64,000 bases of DNA from Klebsormidium nitens (taxonomy: Eukaryota; Plantae; Klebsormidiophyceae), in NCBI GenBank assembly GCA_000708835.1, contig DF236998.1, positions 169,880 through 233,879 of the forward strand, read 5' to 3'. Both the position numbers and the translations under genes were made by a program. The notes beneath the pieces are model-generated. The model ran no database searches and was not told the origin of the DNA. It was given only the letters and a program-made list of their open reading frames with translations. Of this stretch, positions 44,101-56,585 are shown piece after piece (the stretch's first letter is position 1; every line of letters starts with the position of its first letter).

Positions 44101-47100
44101 GCTTTTGTAGCAGTCCGGCTTCAGAAGAACTAGAGTCCTGCTTTCAATCCGGATTAAAGAATTCTTAGGATGTCCACGGTGCCCACTGTAAGCCTGATCG
44201 CTGATGAAGCGAATTGTGCTCCTCCTCCTGAAATTGCTGTAACGTGTGAACAACCGTCTATTTGCATGGTTTCTGGCAAACGTCGCTGGCGCTGTGCCCT
44301 CGTTTCTAACGGGCTTGAAGGCGTTCCCCAGATGACAGCCCTATCTCGGAGAGGCTATGCCGAACCCGCGCTAAACCGGGACCTCTCCCTTAGGCCTTCC
44401 AAATTAGTTCCGATTTACAGCACCAGAGTCTTGCTTCTGACTCTCGCAATCAACTTTTGAAAAGAAATATAGTCGAAATCAAGCCTGCTTTAGGAGACCA
44501 TTTGTCGCTCCTTTGATACAGATACCAGCTCTATACGGGTATGCTATGCCGTACCCGCGGCTGGACCGGAACGTCCTCCTTAGGCCTTCCCGAATACTTG
44601 GACCTGGGAGAGCGGGGGACCGGAAGGCAAGCTGCTTTAGAAACCGATCGTCGCTCCAATTGCACAGATACCAGCCCAATCTGGGAGGGGCTGTGCCTGG
44701 CCCGCGGCTGCACCGGGAACTTATTAACCTCTCGGGAATACTCGGAGCTGGCAGAGCAGAGAAATCAAAAGGCAGCTTGATTATGAAACCGATCGTCGCT
44801 TCTTTTGCGCAGATACCAGCCCTATTTGGCAGCGACTGTGCCGTACCCGCGGTGGACCGAGACCTCTTCCTTAGGTCTTCCGGAACACTCAGAACTGGCA
44901 AAGCGGGAGAAAGGAAAGCAAATCTAATAAAGAAACCAGTCGTCGCTCCCTGTGCGCAGATACCAGCCCTATTTGGGAGCGGCTATGCCGCACCCGCGGC
45001 TGGACTTGGACCTCTTCCTTGGCCTTCCGGAACAATCGCAGCTAGCAGAGCGGGCAAACCGAATGCAGGCCTGATTGAGAAACCGATTGTCGCTTCGTTT
45101 GCGCAGATACGAGCCCTATCTGGGAGCGGCTGTGCCGTACCCGCGGCTGGACCGGGACCTCTTCCTTGGGCCTCCCGGAGCAGTCGGATCTGGGAGAGCT
45201 GTCGCCCTTCGACCCCGCTGCGCCCGACTATTGGAAGCGCGTCTACGTGACGCACGACCTGCACTTCGCCTCTGTCCTGCAAACAGAAGGCGAGCCATGC
45301 GCGTTCCGCCTCTCTTTCTGCGTAGAAACGGTGTGAGCCAGGGCTTGCGCGCAATCCCGTTTGTGTCCGGTCAACGTTCCCGTAGGACTGGCGTAGCCTG
45401 CCCGTTCCTGAGGTTCAAGACTTCGTCGACTTGCCATCTCTCCCTTTGCCAAAGGTACAAATGGATGAACTCATGAGAGTTCTATTGCTGGAATTTCGGA
45501 TGGTGGAAAATTTAGGCAATTTTTTTTGTGCCCCGAGAGCAGTGTGTATCCCAGTAAATTCAGCCACTCGTTCTGTTCCTTGCAGAAAAGTTTCCTGCCT
45601 TCTGTGCGAAGCTGCAACGCTGGGGCCGTTTTGCAGCTTTCCAGATGGTAAGATTGCTCAAGTCGGTGTTCAAGTGGCGGCTTCATGTGTTACCGACAGC
45701 CCACTTCTTGGCGGTCCGAGCGTCCGTTGTTCCTGACGTACTCGCCCCGTCGTATCTAGCTCGATGTCGTTCCCCCAACCTTTCAATAGACGCCAGATAT
45801 ACTACCAGTGCTCCTCATTCTGCCCGCCCCACCACTCTGCACGTAAAGGCGCCTTGTATCTTTGAGAAATACCGTCAAGAAGCCAGTTCAGTACGCCAAT
45901 CACGCTACTTCCTAGAGGTTTCATCAAACTGAGCCTTTGCTCTCTCCAGAATCTTTTCATCCTTATTCCTCTTTGGAGAAATCCCAGCCCGAAAGGAAGC
46001 TCCGTGGCGGGTCTGAGAGAAACGAAACGACTTGTGGCAAGCTCCCAGATTTTTGGGATCGAGCCACCGTTAGACCACTTCATAGACTGTTCATAAATCA
46101 GTAACATCTGCTTTAAGGCATTTCCTTGTAACGCAGGTTGGACGTCCCTTTTACGAGGACGTGCTTCTTCCTTACTTTGGCGAACACGCGCTGGTCCGCT
46201 ACGCTGCTCTCTTCCCAGAGCTGAGATGGCTGTGTGAGACAACGCCCCTCGCTTCGTGTCATTTTTTATTGACACGAACTGCTTGCGGAATACTCTGCAC
46301 CTTTGCTTCGCCCGCTCCAGACTCTCAATCGCAAGATGTGAGGCTTTCGATTGTTATGGCTTTCATTAGGATTGCCGTAAGTGGCGGATTGCTGACGTTG
46401 ATTCGCGAGGGCTTGTCTTCAGAATTATGCCCGAGCTCCCCTGCGTTTAATCGGCGGTGGGCTTTTCCTGCAGTGCTCAGTCAACTGGACGGCAAAGTAC
46501 TTCAAAACCAGGAAATAAAGGTTGAGGGGACGACGCCTCCCTTCGACTTCGAAGCGCTTCTGTGGGCCCTGCCAACCTGTCAAGTCTTCGACGCGAGGTT
46601 CATCAGGTATGATGTTTCGAAGCATGAGATCAAGGAGAATAATGTTGAGCCTTACTCCAACTGACACGAAAAACTCTAAGCCCAGAAAAAGTACCTGCTC
46701 TGCGCTTCTACCCGCCCTAACCCCCATACGAACCCTACCCGTCTCAGTGCGGTTACCTTATTATTATCTGAGCTTATTATTATCTTTCTTGAGTTCGCTT
46801 TTCTAAGCAAATAAAGGTGGTAGCGATGGTGAGCTGCGTGTGGTGCGATCGGTTGGGCATCTGCTTGGGCAGGGCATCCATTGTTTTCAAACCAGCCCTT
46901 TACTGTGTTTCGACACCACTTTGGGACGTCACTCAAAATGCTGTCCCAGCTGCGCTTGTGGAAGTGCTTGGCAGCCCTTCAGGGTTTGAAAATCTCCTGC
47001 ACATGTGACACTTGCATAATAATAGCTGAGCCTCCAGAAGTCTTTCTGCAGCGACTCGCGTGCCCGCAGCGCAACCACTGATGAGGCAGTCGAAAGCGGT

Positions 47101-50100
47101 GGCGAGGCGGATGCGCTCAGCAGGGGCGTTGGAGCTTACGGAAGGTGTGGAGATCACTCGCAATTACTACCAGGATTCGACATCATTACATACATAAAAG
47201 ATAGCATCATTTTTGTGCGCGACGGGCCAGGATTCGGCTACAGATGGCTTTCCTGGGAGGCTACGCAACATTTGCGCGAGTGCCCTCGGATCCGGTTTTA
47301 GCTGAAGGTGTAGCTAGGATGCTCGTTATCAACTCGGATGTTTGGGGTCCGAGCAGGGACTGGACCGGATTCTGCTTCCAACTGGCCCTTGATAGATTCA
47401 GAGATCGCTCTCGTTGTTTGCACATGAAGCGGATGCATTACCTATCTTGTCGGTTTCCCGGATGTTTGCTGCGACGTCCGACAAACTTTTGTGCACCTAG
47501 GAGCAGGTCAGGCGAAATGGTATAGACGCGAGACCGCATTTGAGCCGTTGAAATATCGGGTTGGCGACTTGCGAGATGTTAGCATTGTATGCATCTTGAT
47601 TGGGAGGATGGTGAGAGTGCTTTGAAGATGTACTGCTTTTGCGGGCACAGGTTTTGGATTATGCAATTCGATTTGCTTGCTTTTGAGGCAAGTGGACTGC
47701 TAGAATGCTCGTAAATCTAACATGAGGGCTTCTCACAACGCGGCTCGAGATTGGATTTATAATAAATCGACAGCTTCTTTTCGGCAAGGGTACAGGGCTC
47801 CATTCACGTCGCTATTACCCCTTAACCGCTCATAAGTTGACTTCCAAACTATTGTTAGAATTGCATCTGTTCGACAATTTAACATACCCGGACCTTTAAC
47901 TTTGCGATCGTCGCTGTAGGCTACGGATGTCACAGCTCAAGCTTGCGTACAACCCCCTCACCAGCGAGGAGCTGTGGGCGATACTGCGGTCGCTTCCTAG
48001 CTCCAGGTGAGGACCACTGGTTTGAGAAACCCGTTAAGGCAATTACTCTTCGGGTCAAGGTTGAAAGGGTTGCTGCAGACCCTGTAACTGAAATTGTCTC
48101 GGCCCATCTGCTTGCCTCAGAGCACTAAGTCGTGTACTACCGTTTGCTTCTTATTTCAGGGGAGAGCTGCGTAGACACAGCGATGAAGGACATCAGCTGC
48201 CATAAAGATTGTGTGACCGCAATAGCAACTTTGGCGTATCAAAGCCACAAATCCCCAGCTTCGTTCCGGCCGCAAATGGTATCAACGATCGGGTTCCTGT
48301 TCAGTTCGAGTTTACGGATGGATTCCCAGCAACTGTTCACAAAAAAACGGCAGCTCCTGACTTTCCGCAGCTCTTTTGCAGCCTGAAGACGTTGGACCTC
48401 AGTTACTGCGATCTCGACTCTTCCTCGGCTCCGCTCGACGTGCTGGAGGGCCTGCGCGGCTCCATCTTGGAAGCACTTTTGCTCTCAGGTACGTTTTGTC
48501 AGGACACTTTCCGTCCCTCCCTTTCCTTTTCCCTTTACATTGCCTCCATTGCGGCCCTTTCGCGAGCAAAATGTTCCCCTGATCTTGCACGGCTCTGAGG
48601 ACTTATGAATCTGGTTCCCCCTGGATTTTAAGGTGCGTCTCGAACCTGGGGCGCTCTCGAATTGCCGGCTCTGAAGTCCAACCCGCAATCCGCTTGTAAA
48701 CCAATCTCCGTTTGGTTCAAATGTTTGTTGACTTTGTCGTGACTTCGGGCAGAGATACCAATTCTCAGTTGGTCCAGCCATTGCTTTTCGAGCAGGGAAC
48801 CCCTTCGGCATGCCTCAGCGAAAGCCCGAGGAGATTCCGGTCGTCGAAGGGTCCTGGCGGAAAGTGAGCGGAATCTGGCGGAAGACCGTCCAAACCGCGT
48901 CCCCCCGGCGCGCGCCGAAAGCGCCGCCCAAGAAACCGGCGGCTCGGAAAAAGGGCCCGGTAAAGCGGCCCGAGTGGAATCTCTGCTTTGATAACGTGGA
49001 AGGAGACGGGGGGGAAAGCTCGTCTGCGGCACAGACCCCGGTTGGAGATGACTCGGGTGGAGCTAACCCGGGTGGAGATAAGCCGGATGGAAAGAAACCG
49101 GTCGGAGCTAACCCGGGTGAAGCTAACCAGGGAGGACCTAACCCGGATGAAGATATCTCGGGTGGAGATAACCGGGGTGAAGCTAACCCGGGAGGAGCTA
49201 ACCCGGGTCGAGATGGTCCTGGTGGAGATACCGCGCGAGCGGTCGGGGGGAAAGGAACGAGTCGCGATTCGGAGGAAGACCGACCGGCCACATCTTCTGG
49301 GGCAGGAGATGCAAAACGGGGCCCCGAGAGCTGTCAACCGAGTGAGTCAGGGGCAGAAAGGAACTCCGTAGATGCATTTCCGGGCACCTCTTTGCGAGAG
49401 GGGGGGGCAAGTTGTGGTCCGGAGCAAGTAACCAGCTCCTCGAGGCAGAGCCCGGGCGATAATGAACCGGGCGCGTCGACGGCAGGGGAAGCGAGTCAAA
49501 GCGCGCCTCATCGGACGGAACAAGACGGCGGTGGCGCGGGGGATCTTGCAACAGAGAATGGTGTCCCGGACAGTGCTTCGATTCGGACGGCTGACCCCGA
49601 TCGGAAGGGCAAGGACAAGATCGAAGACGGGACGCCAGGAAGCCCTCCGTACCTTGCGGAATCGTCGGAACACACGGCGGACCGGAAAGGCAAAGCGAAA
49701 GTGGACGAAGGCCCTTCAACCGTTTCCGATCCTCCTGTTGATGACGCTTCCAGCCGGACGGAAACCAGCGCCTTTCCCGGGGAAGTCAGAAACGGCAGGC
49801 ATAACGGCGCGGAATCGTCCGAAAAGTTTCCCTCGCCCGAGGTCGCCTCGACCGCCGCTGACGTCCCCGCCATCATTTTCGGTTCGATCCTGACGTCACT
49901 CCCGCCGACGCTCAAGAAGCTCGCGCTCTCCGACTGTGGCCTGGGGGACGTCCACGTGGCGCAGATCGTGCGTGGGCTGACGTCAGCGGGGTGCGCGCTG
50001 TGGGAGCTGGACCTGTCGCAGAACGAGGTCTCGGCGCGGGGGGCGAGTGCCGTCTTTGTTTGGCTCCAGGTGGGGGTGGTTCTCTGAGGGGTCCGTCCTC

Positions 50101-51703
50101 CTGTTTTGAGTTCTTTCTTTTAGTCAAAGACGGTCTGCACATGGTCATTTCGTGGGTGATTACGAAATTGGTCCCAAACCCAATGTGCCGCCTTTGAGGG
50201 CTCCAGGTGACTACCGCTTCAGGGGACGTTCGTCTGATGATCTTCAAATCTCGTTCTACTTTCGTCAATCCCGTGGTTGACCGTTCCTTGCTGGGGGTTC
50301 GCGGATCGGCCTCGAATATGTTCGACAACAAATCAATTATCCCTATATGCAGAGGGCGGTCTTCAATCAGGTCTTGGTGAGGACGCGCTTTTCTTGACTT
50401 GGTGTTGACCTCAGGCTGTCAATTAGTGGCTGATGAAGTCGCTCTGTCTTCGCGCAGCACAACGATTCTCTGCGTCACTTGAGCCTGGCTCAGAACAAGG
50501 TGACCAGCACATGTACGGACGACCTGTTGGGCGCGTTGCAGAAAAACACCACGCTTTCAAAGGTGAGGTCATGCTTACGTACTTTTCAGATTCTCGACTC
50601 AATTGGTGTCATCAAATAGACCGAAGACTTTTCTTCCATCTTTTGCGCGTTCCTTGTCTTCAAGCCTAAGCCGGACTTCTAGGATAGCTGTTTTCGAAGT
50701 GCTGCATGATGCGGCAATCAACTCTCTTTTTCTGCACCCATAAATCAAGGTATATTCTGAAGATCAAAGGTGCCTTTACCTTCTTCGGTACTGCACATCC
50801 GCCACAATTGACCTTCCCAACCGTAGCCCAGCCAGACAAGTTGTGTGCCGTCGGATGAGGTACATCCGGGCCATCGAACGGGCCAGCATTTGCTCTGTGC
50901 CAGATCCTGCGATCGGGTCAGATCGAACGCGCTTTCTTGAGACGGTCAGCTTTAGCCTTAGTCACTCAGCAGTAAAACCGTCCTCTTTGTCGCTTAACCA
51001 CCTGCAATTTCCAAAGGACCTCGGTGACCTCTGCCGGTGGCTCTTGTATTGTGCGAGCGACTTGAGACCCCTCTTGTTCGGTCGTTCAAGCCTAATCGCA
51101 TGTGCCTGTGAAAGGCTGCCCAAATGGTTTACTCTTCTACACCAACACGACCGTCTTTAACCAAGTTCCACGTCGCAAAGGCGGGTTCCTTCCCGGCCGT
51201 TGAGAAGATTACATCCCGGATATAGTTGCCTCCCTTATTGACATGACATGTTCCAAAAACGGTAAGGCATTTTTATTCGTGATTCTATTGGCTGAAACCC
51301 TTACCGGGTTGACCGCGTTGACCGAAACCGAAACTTGAACGACTAACCCCCTACTAACCACAGCATATTCCCTGCTTCAAAAGCTAAAAACTTCTAAACC
51401 CCATATGAAACCCTTCATCGCAAAAATCACAAAACTTCCAAGGGGGAGGACATTCTAGTTCGATTCTGTGCTGACTGGAAAACGGGATTTGTGCAGCTTT
51501 CATTGGCGGGGAATTACTCCTTCGGCGAGGAGCGCGTCTCCGAAGTTTTGGAAGCTGCCCGCGAGCATGCTGAATTGCTTGTGGCCCTAGAGACGGCCAC
51601 AGTTTTCAGCCTGGATCTCTCCTTCATTGACGTCACATACGCAGCTAGGAATAGGTTCCGAGACACTTATGCGGGTGTTGCACAATTGGACCTTCGAATA
51701 TGA
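41141..51703 (+). CDS. Elongin-C/SKP1-like (BTB fold) domain + BC-box/cullin-box-like segment + RNI-like leucine-rich repeats
   Basis: Well-supported exons: 41141-41426, 42062-42117, 42673-42783, 43150-43252, 43708-43824, 45107-~45289/45330, 48382-48488, 48796-50069, 50458-50562, 51497-51703. Tentative exons: 46137-46233, 46474-46606, 47052-47144, 47920-48006. Elongin C-like YTKVRTGDGFQF...FKEKAENVVYFQEIRGEVLEVVLRF...EVAPALAMEIISAAHFLG; LRRs LKTLDLSYCDL, LKKLALSDCGL, LWELDLSQNEV, LRHLSLAQNKV, LSLAGN. Confidence 0.8.
41940..41981 (+). repeat. Perfect 21-bp intronic tandem duplication containing a CTGAC branch-point-like motif
   Basis: CCTGACCAATCGTGGCAAGTG x2. Confidence 0.95.
44320..45190 (+). 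repeat. Six-unit tandem array (~146-bp period), each unit an acceptor plus the first ~70 nt of the exon at 45107
   Basis: CAG|AT junctions end at 44331, 44521, 44667, 44812, 44959 and 45106 (functional). Spacings are 190, 146, 145, 147, 147. Each unit is a degenerate DTSPIWERLCRTRGWTGTSSLGLP. Confidence 0.95.
49090..49235 (+). repeat. Coding minisatellite (GANPGG/GDN-type peptide repeats, CTAACCCGGG motif) in the disordered insertion of the LRR protein
   Basis: Repeated GGAGCTAACCCGGG(T/A)GGAGA units translating to GGANPGGDKP...GANPGEANQGGPNP...GEANPGGANPGRDGPGGD. Confidence 0.85.
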
Positions 51704-52798
51704 ACGAGCGCAAGCTTATGTACGGTTCGTCTTGCCGTGACATTGTTTGTGATTCCGCTAGTCGCGATCAGGCCTGTAGTTATTCCAATTGAGAGCCTGC
51801 ATCTCGAGAATAAAGTCACTCGTGCGATTTCTTCATTTCCCTAGAAATTTGGTGCACGTGACTTCCAGATTTGGTGAAAGACTTACGTCATATAGGTCAG
51901 GACATCTTGTATAGAGCTTTCAAGGGGTCGCAATGGTCCAACGAAGATCACTGTAACCCGACTGTCAATGTATTAGGCATTCCATCTGGACTTGTATTAC
52001 GCCCGTCAAAATATATTTTTAACAGTGTGCCATGCCTACAATTGTAGGACTCGGCATCAGTGTGCTGCTTTTCCTCGCACAAGCACCTCACCAGATTGCA
52101 CTCGCTGCGGGGTGTTCGACAGAAAGTAGCGCGCACAGGCTGACCTGGAAACGTTCCAACATCATGGTGTTGCTGAGTAAGCCACCGCGTCGCAATTGTA
52201 ATCCAAGCACCCTCGGTGCGACGCAATCTGATTTAGATTGCTTGATACGAGTTCATAGTTTATGCACATGGAATTGCGGTCTTAATTGGCTATGTATGCA
52301 ATTGTTGCACAGACGGACATATATTACAAACAGAACGCACTACTGTAGAGTCCCTTTTCCTCAAAATTTGTGTAGCAGCAGCTTGTGTGGGAGGGAGTCC
52401 AAGATCGATCATGAGTTTGAAGGGATCCCGCTGGACCGTGGAATCTGACCTCGTCAAACCGCGCAGCCAAATTTTATTAACCCCCTTGTCTTGACTCAAG
52501 GTCAATCGCACGGTCAGAAACCAGTCATTGCCCATCGCGAACGGTAGAAAGAGCCCAGTCACCATGTTGGTCTCAGTTTAACCGCATAACATGACCCAGT
52601 ACTGAACCCGCATCCGGCTTGAGGAAGATTCCCGTATATGGAGCTTGAAGGTTCAGCACACCAACTGAAGCTGGTGAGGAGGGAGAACAGCGGCCTTTTA
52701 GTTGCGCTCACAAGCCGTGCTGAAGCTCTCGAACATTGCATGTAAAGCAGCAGATGCTGAAAGCCTTCTCGTTGATAAATAGCGCGCAGCGACAAGCG

Positions 52799-55459
52799 AT
52801 GGCGTCCATCGGAGGACAGTGCTTGTGTTCTGCAGTCAAGTTTGAGATCCATGATGTGGAGCCTGCCATTCAGGTGAGAACGTCGTTGTGCTGATAAATC
52901 GATCGTTTGCTTGTCCTCCCATGAGTTTGTTAGGCGGTGGTGCATACAGCCACTGCGATGATACGGTGCACCAAAAGTGTGCGCTCAGAATATACCGTCA
53001 GAAGATCGTGAAATACTTGGCGTCAGAGAAGATTAGCTAAGTCGGCGTCAGAGAAGAATGAGTAATCCGGCGTCCATCTGCGCTGCCACTGGCAGCAGCA
53101 GATGAGTAGCTCTTGGGTGCAGAGACATGGTGGTGGCAAGATTCCTGCATGGAGCATTGCTAGTCTTTCATGTCACCTGCAAGTTTTGTCAAGATACACT
53201 ACGTCAAATGATTTACATACAGGCGGCCGGGAGTACTCATATAGCTTAATCAGCAAACGCATGTCGGAAGCCACTGACATCACATCAGTCGGTGCCTAAT
53301 AAGTATGACTAACCGCGTCTTCTGAACATTTGATACATTCTTTGCAATCAGCAAGCAGAGTCCTCAAGATCTGTTGCTCAAACTCTCCTGCTTTTTGCAA
53401 CAGTGCTACTGCCACTGCGAGACGTGCCGGAAGGTCCGCTCAGCTCCGATCGTCCCTTTGATGTTGTTTCCGATTGATCTTCCTTATGGGTTTGCCGACA
53501 AGGAAGGGAAGTGAGTATCGCCCTCTGTTGTTTCTTCTTGCCCTACCTGCCAGTGATATACCTGCCGGGCTGCTTTGTGTAACTTGCGCCAAAGCTACTT
53601 ATCAAAGCACTTCCCAAACTGGATCGTGCCCCCCTTGCCCTTCTTTCTCCGCTTGGTCTTTGCTTTTACTTTCTGATCGAACCCCGTCTCTCATCAATAG
53701 CCTGGCGACAAAGCTGGCCGCTGCAACTCTCGGATGGGAAAAGAGGGAAGCTGTTGTGACTCTGCTGGTGTGATGATGCTTCACCAGAGGTCAAGGAGTT
53801 GAGGGCTCACCATAAGATCCGAACCTTATGAGCAGACGTTTAGAAGCACAATCTGCGGCCACCATTGTCCAGCACCAGCTGCTCTACTTGAATGCAGGCA
53901 ACATCTGATCAGTGTAATATCTCAATGGCCCTGACCTCGTATGCTGAAAGGCAGGTGCTTTTTCATGGGGCGAACAGCGGCTAGCAAAGCATCATTTGCA
54001 GAACGCGTGATCTCGCTGTTTCTGCCCAGGTTCAAAGTCACCGAGGGGGCCGACTTGGTAACCTCGTACAACCACACGCACACCGGACCACGACGAGCGT
54101 TCTGTAAACGGTGAGCGCCAATGATCTCCGTATCTGTTCCTTTTGAGCCTGCCTGATCCTTCCAGCTCGTGTTGGTATTGTAAATGACTGACATCTTGGA
54201 TTGCCTGACGACTGACTGCGAAAGTCTGTCCAAGAGTAGAAACCGATGGGCTTGTTTCAGGACGGGGCAAGATGGCTTGTGCTCTTGGTTCCCCTTGGCT
54301 TCTTACCTTTTTGGGTCTGCGAGTGTCTTTGAACGAGTGTGATCCCGCTGGAATCCTGACAGATCAGTACCACTGCAGGTCTGGCCATATTCTGCTTCTG
54401 GAGCGGCCTCGTTGTGCTTTTTGTGTCTTGGAAGCTTATTCAAGCTTACCCAAGCTCGGACACATTAGACCCCCAGGAACATGGGAGATTGCTAATACGC
54501 TCTCTGGCAGATTGCAAAACCTGGTTCGTTCACGAAAATTGTGCTGATCTTAAGTAACCTTTGTAATTTAACGCTGTCCCTTACAGGTGCGGCTCAGCGG
54601 TTTTCAACTGCGGGAAGTGGATTGCCATTTTCCCTAGCACAATCACGTCAGGCGCCTCCTTCAAGTAAGTATTGAATCCTGCCCGAAGAACAAAAGAAGG
54701 GCGAGACGGGGAGGGGGGAAGGAAAACTGACGGGTTCTGAGGAGATGACATCAGGGCTGGTCGGGTGGGTGGGAGACCCTGCTTGAAGAATGTGTTGTCT
54801 TGAAAGCTCACGGCAGTGCCGGCAGACTCTTTCGTCGACTTCGCAGAACTTCTTGAGGAGTACACCTTCCAGCTCAGTGTCTCTCTTCGAGATTGGAAAC
54901 TCAGGTTACTCAAGGGTTGGAGGCCATTTTTCTTGTCGGTCCGTGACCAACAATGGTTTGGAGCCTTCGGAAAGCTTCAAAGAACGGTAGAGAGGTTTAT
55001 GTGGCCTTTGTGGAGCGTTGTACTGATGAGCTGTCCTGATGAAAGCTGAGGTACAAAACGGCCAAGTCTCACGAATCTTGACATACAAAGCTGATCTACA
55101 ATGCTGATCCTTTATGATGAGGAACCAGAAGGTCCGGATGGAGTGCTCATCATGGAAGCGCTCTAAAATCAAGTTTGCTGGCAGTTGTCAAGTCCGTTTC
55201 TAATCAAGAGCCCAGGCACCTTCTGTCCCGAAACTTGAGAGTCGCTTGATCTTATGAGGTAGCACAAGATTTAGGAAAGAACGTTTTTCTTTCTGTCGCC
55301 GTGCATTTTCTGTAACATACCTGTGTGCTTGCCCCTTGCAGGCCGGAATGCCACATCCACTACGAAGATTCGATCATGCCAATGCGCGACGGTCTGCCAA
55401 AGTATGCTCAGGGTCCCGAGTCACAAAAGCTGGAGGAAGACAGTCCCGAGAAGCCATGA
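52799..55459 (+). CDS. GFA/Mss4-like (CENP-V family) zinc-binding protein (5 exons, 152 aa; possible 15-aa extension from ATG 52754)
   Basis: Exons 52799-52873, 53404-53510, 54030-54110, 54587-54664, 55342-55459, total 459 nt. Sequence: MASIGGQCLCSAVKFEI...CYCHCETCRK...RRAFCKRCGSAVF...FKPECHIHYEDSIMPMRDGLPKY. All seven GFA-type cysteines are present. Confidence 0.92.
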
Positions 55460-56585
55460 GAGACGTTGGGTACTGAAGCTGACGTGACCCCTGTCCGTCT
55501 GATTCTGTTCGCTAGACGCGCGCAAGTGAAGGCTAAGCAATGAAGGGGCTCGCTAGACAAATAGGAGCGATACGGAGCACGCGCTGGCAAGTCGAGTTGT
55601 TCACAAGGACGATGCAGCTCCCGATTGGGTGTTGCCGAGCAACTTCAAGATACGGAGACTCTGCGCATAGAAGTCAACATACCGGGTCGATGCAGTGAGT
55701 CATGGAGAGCATAGATTCTTAGCCATATGCATAGTCTACTTGAAGAATCTATGCAGCTTTGCAAGCTTGTCCATGCATGGCAAGTAACTTTATATGGGTA
55801 CATGACAAAAGAATCAACTTTTGACGACGGTACACAATTCGAGTTTATATCGCCCTGCGCGCCTGGATCTTATGCCAGTGATCCAATCGTCCAAAACTTT
55901 TGAGTTAAAAAAAGGAAACCGTCGTGGCAGGGCCTCGCAGATTTATATAATAGCGGAATACAATACGGGCCAGCTCTGTAGTATATAGCGCATACACGCT
56001 ATAAGTTAAGGATACACAGACTAGTTGGCATGGGTTTCTCCATGTCTGCGCAGATCCGATCCATGCCTTTGATATACGCACGGGCTTTAAGAGAAGTGTC
56101 CATCTTGGCTTGATTGAGTCTGCGCGCGCCACTGAACGTTGGCCGCCGTGCCCAAACGCCCTAAAAATAATCATGACCTACTGCATGCCGCCATGACAGC
56201 TATACACAAGCCTCTAGGATGAGGACTACGCTAATGTATGATTAACCAGTCAGGCCTTGACTGGAATACAGTACACTGTACCGCATTTGTTGAGGACTGT
56301 TATCCTTCATACGGTCCTGCATGCAACTTCTTCTGAAGGTCGTCAGGTTATGGCTTTTGCTCCCTGCGATTGATCTATCCGGGTCTACCATAATCTTCGG
56401 TGTACAACACAACTACGCCTAACGCTTCGTGATCGCACATCTTATGTACACGTACTAGATAAAGTCATAAACCCTATGTACATTGTAAGGATGGCATACA
56501 CCTCTCTTTTGCAGCTTGCTCCTATACAACGGCTGAGGGTATGCGGATCTCAAAGCTTAGCCTGTCTTCATACACAGCGTCCAAA

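Noticed and set aside
44320-45190. CRISPR-like array
   Set aside because: The units are diverged copies of a host exon junction with no unique spacers and no cas genes, in a eukaryotic intron.
45290-45291. Second GC donor (GAAG|GCGAGC)
   Set aside because: Its phase 1 does not fit the phase-0 start of the next candidate exon at 46137. A GT donor near 45331 fits as well, so it is left unresolved.
44479-45476. Overlapping ORFs of 123-245 aa on both strands
   Set aside because: By-products of the GC-rich tandem array and the true exon at 45107.
48765-49915. Long minus-strand ORFs (135-190 aa)
   Set aside because: Antisense to the GC-rich low-complexity exon of the LRR gene.
52559-55172. Cys-rich, stop-interrupted minus-strand frames suggesting a decayed transposase
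   Set aside because: The cysteine-rich parts are the antisense of GFA exons, and no transposase motif was recognisable in the rest.
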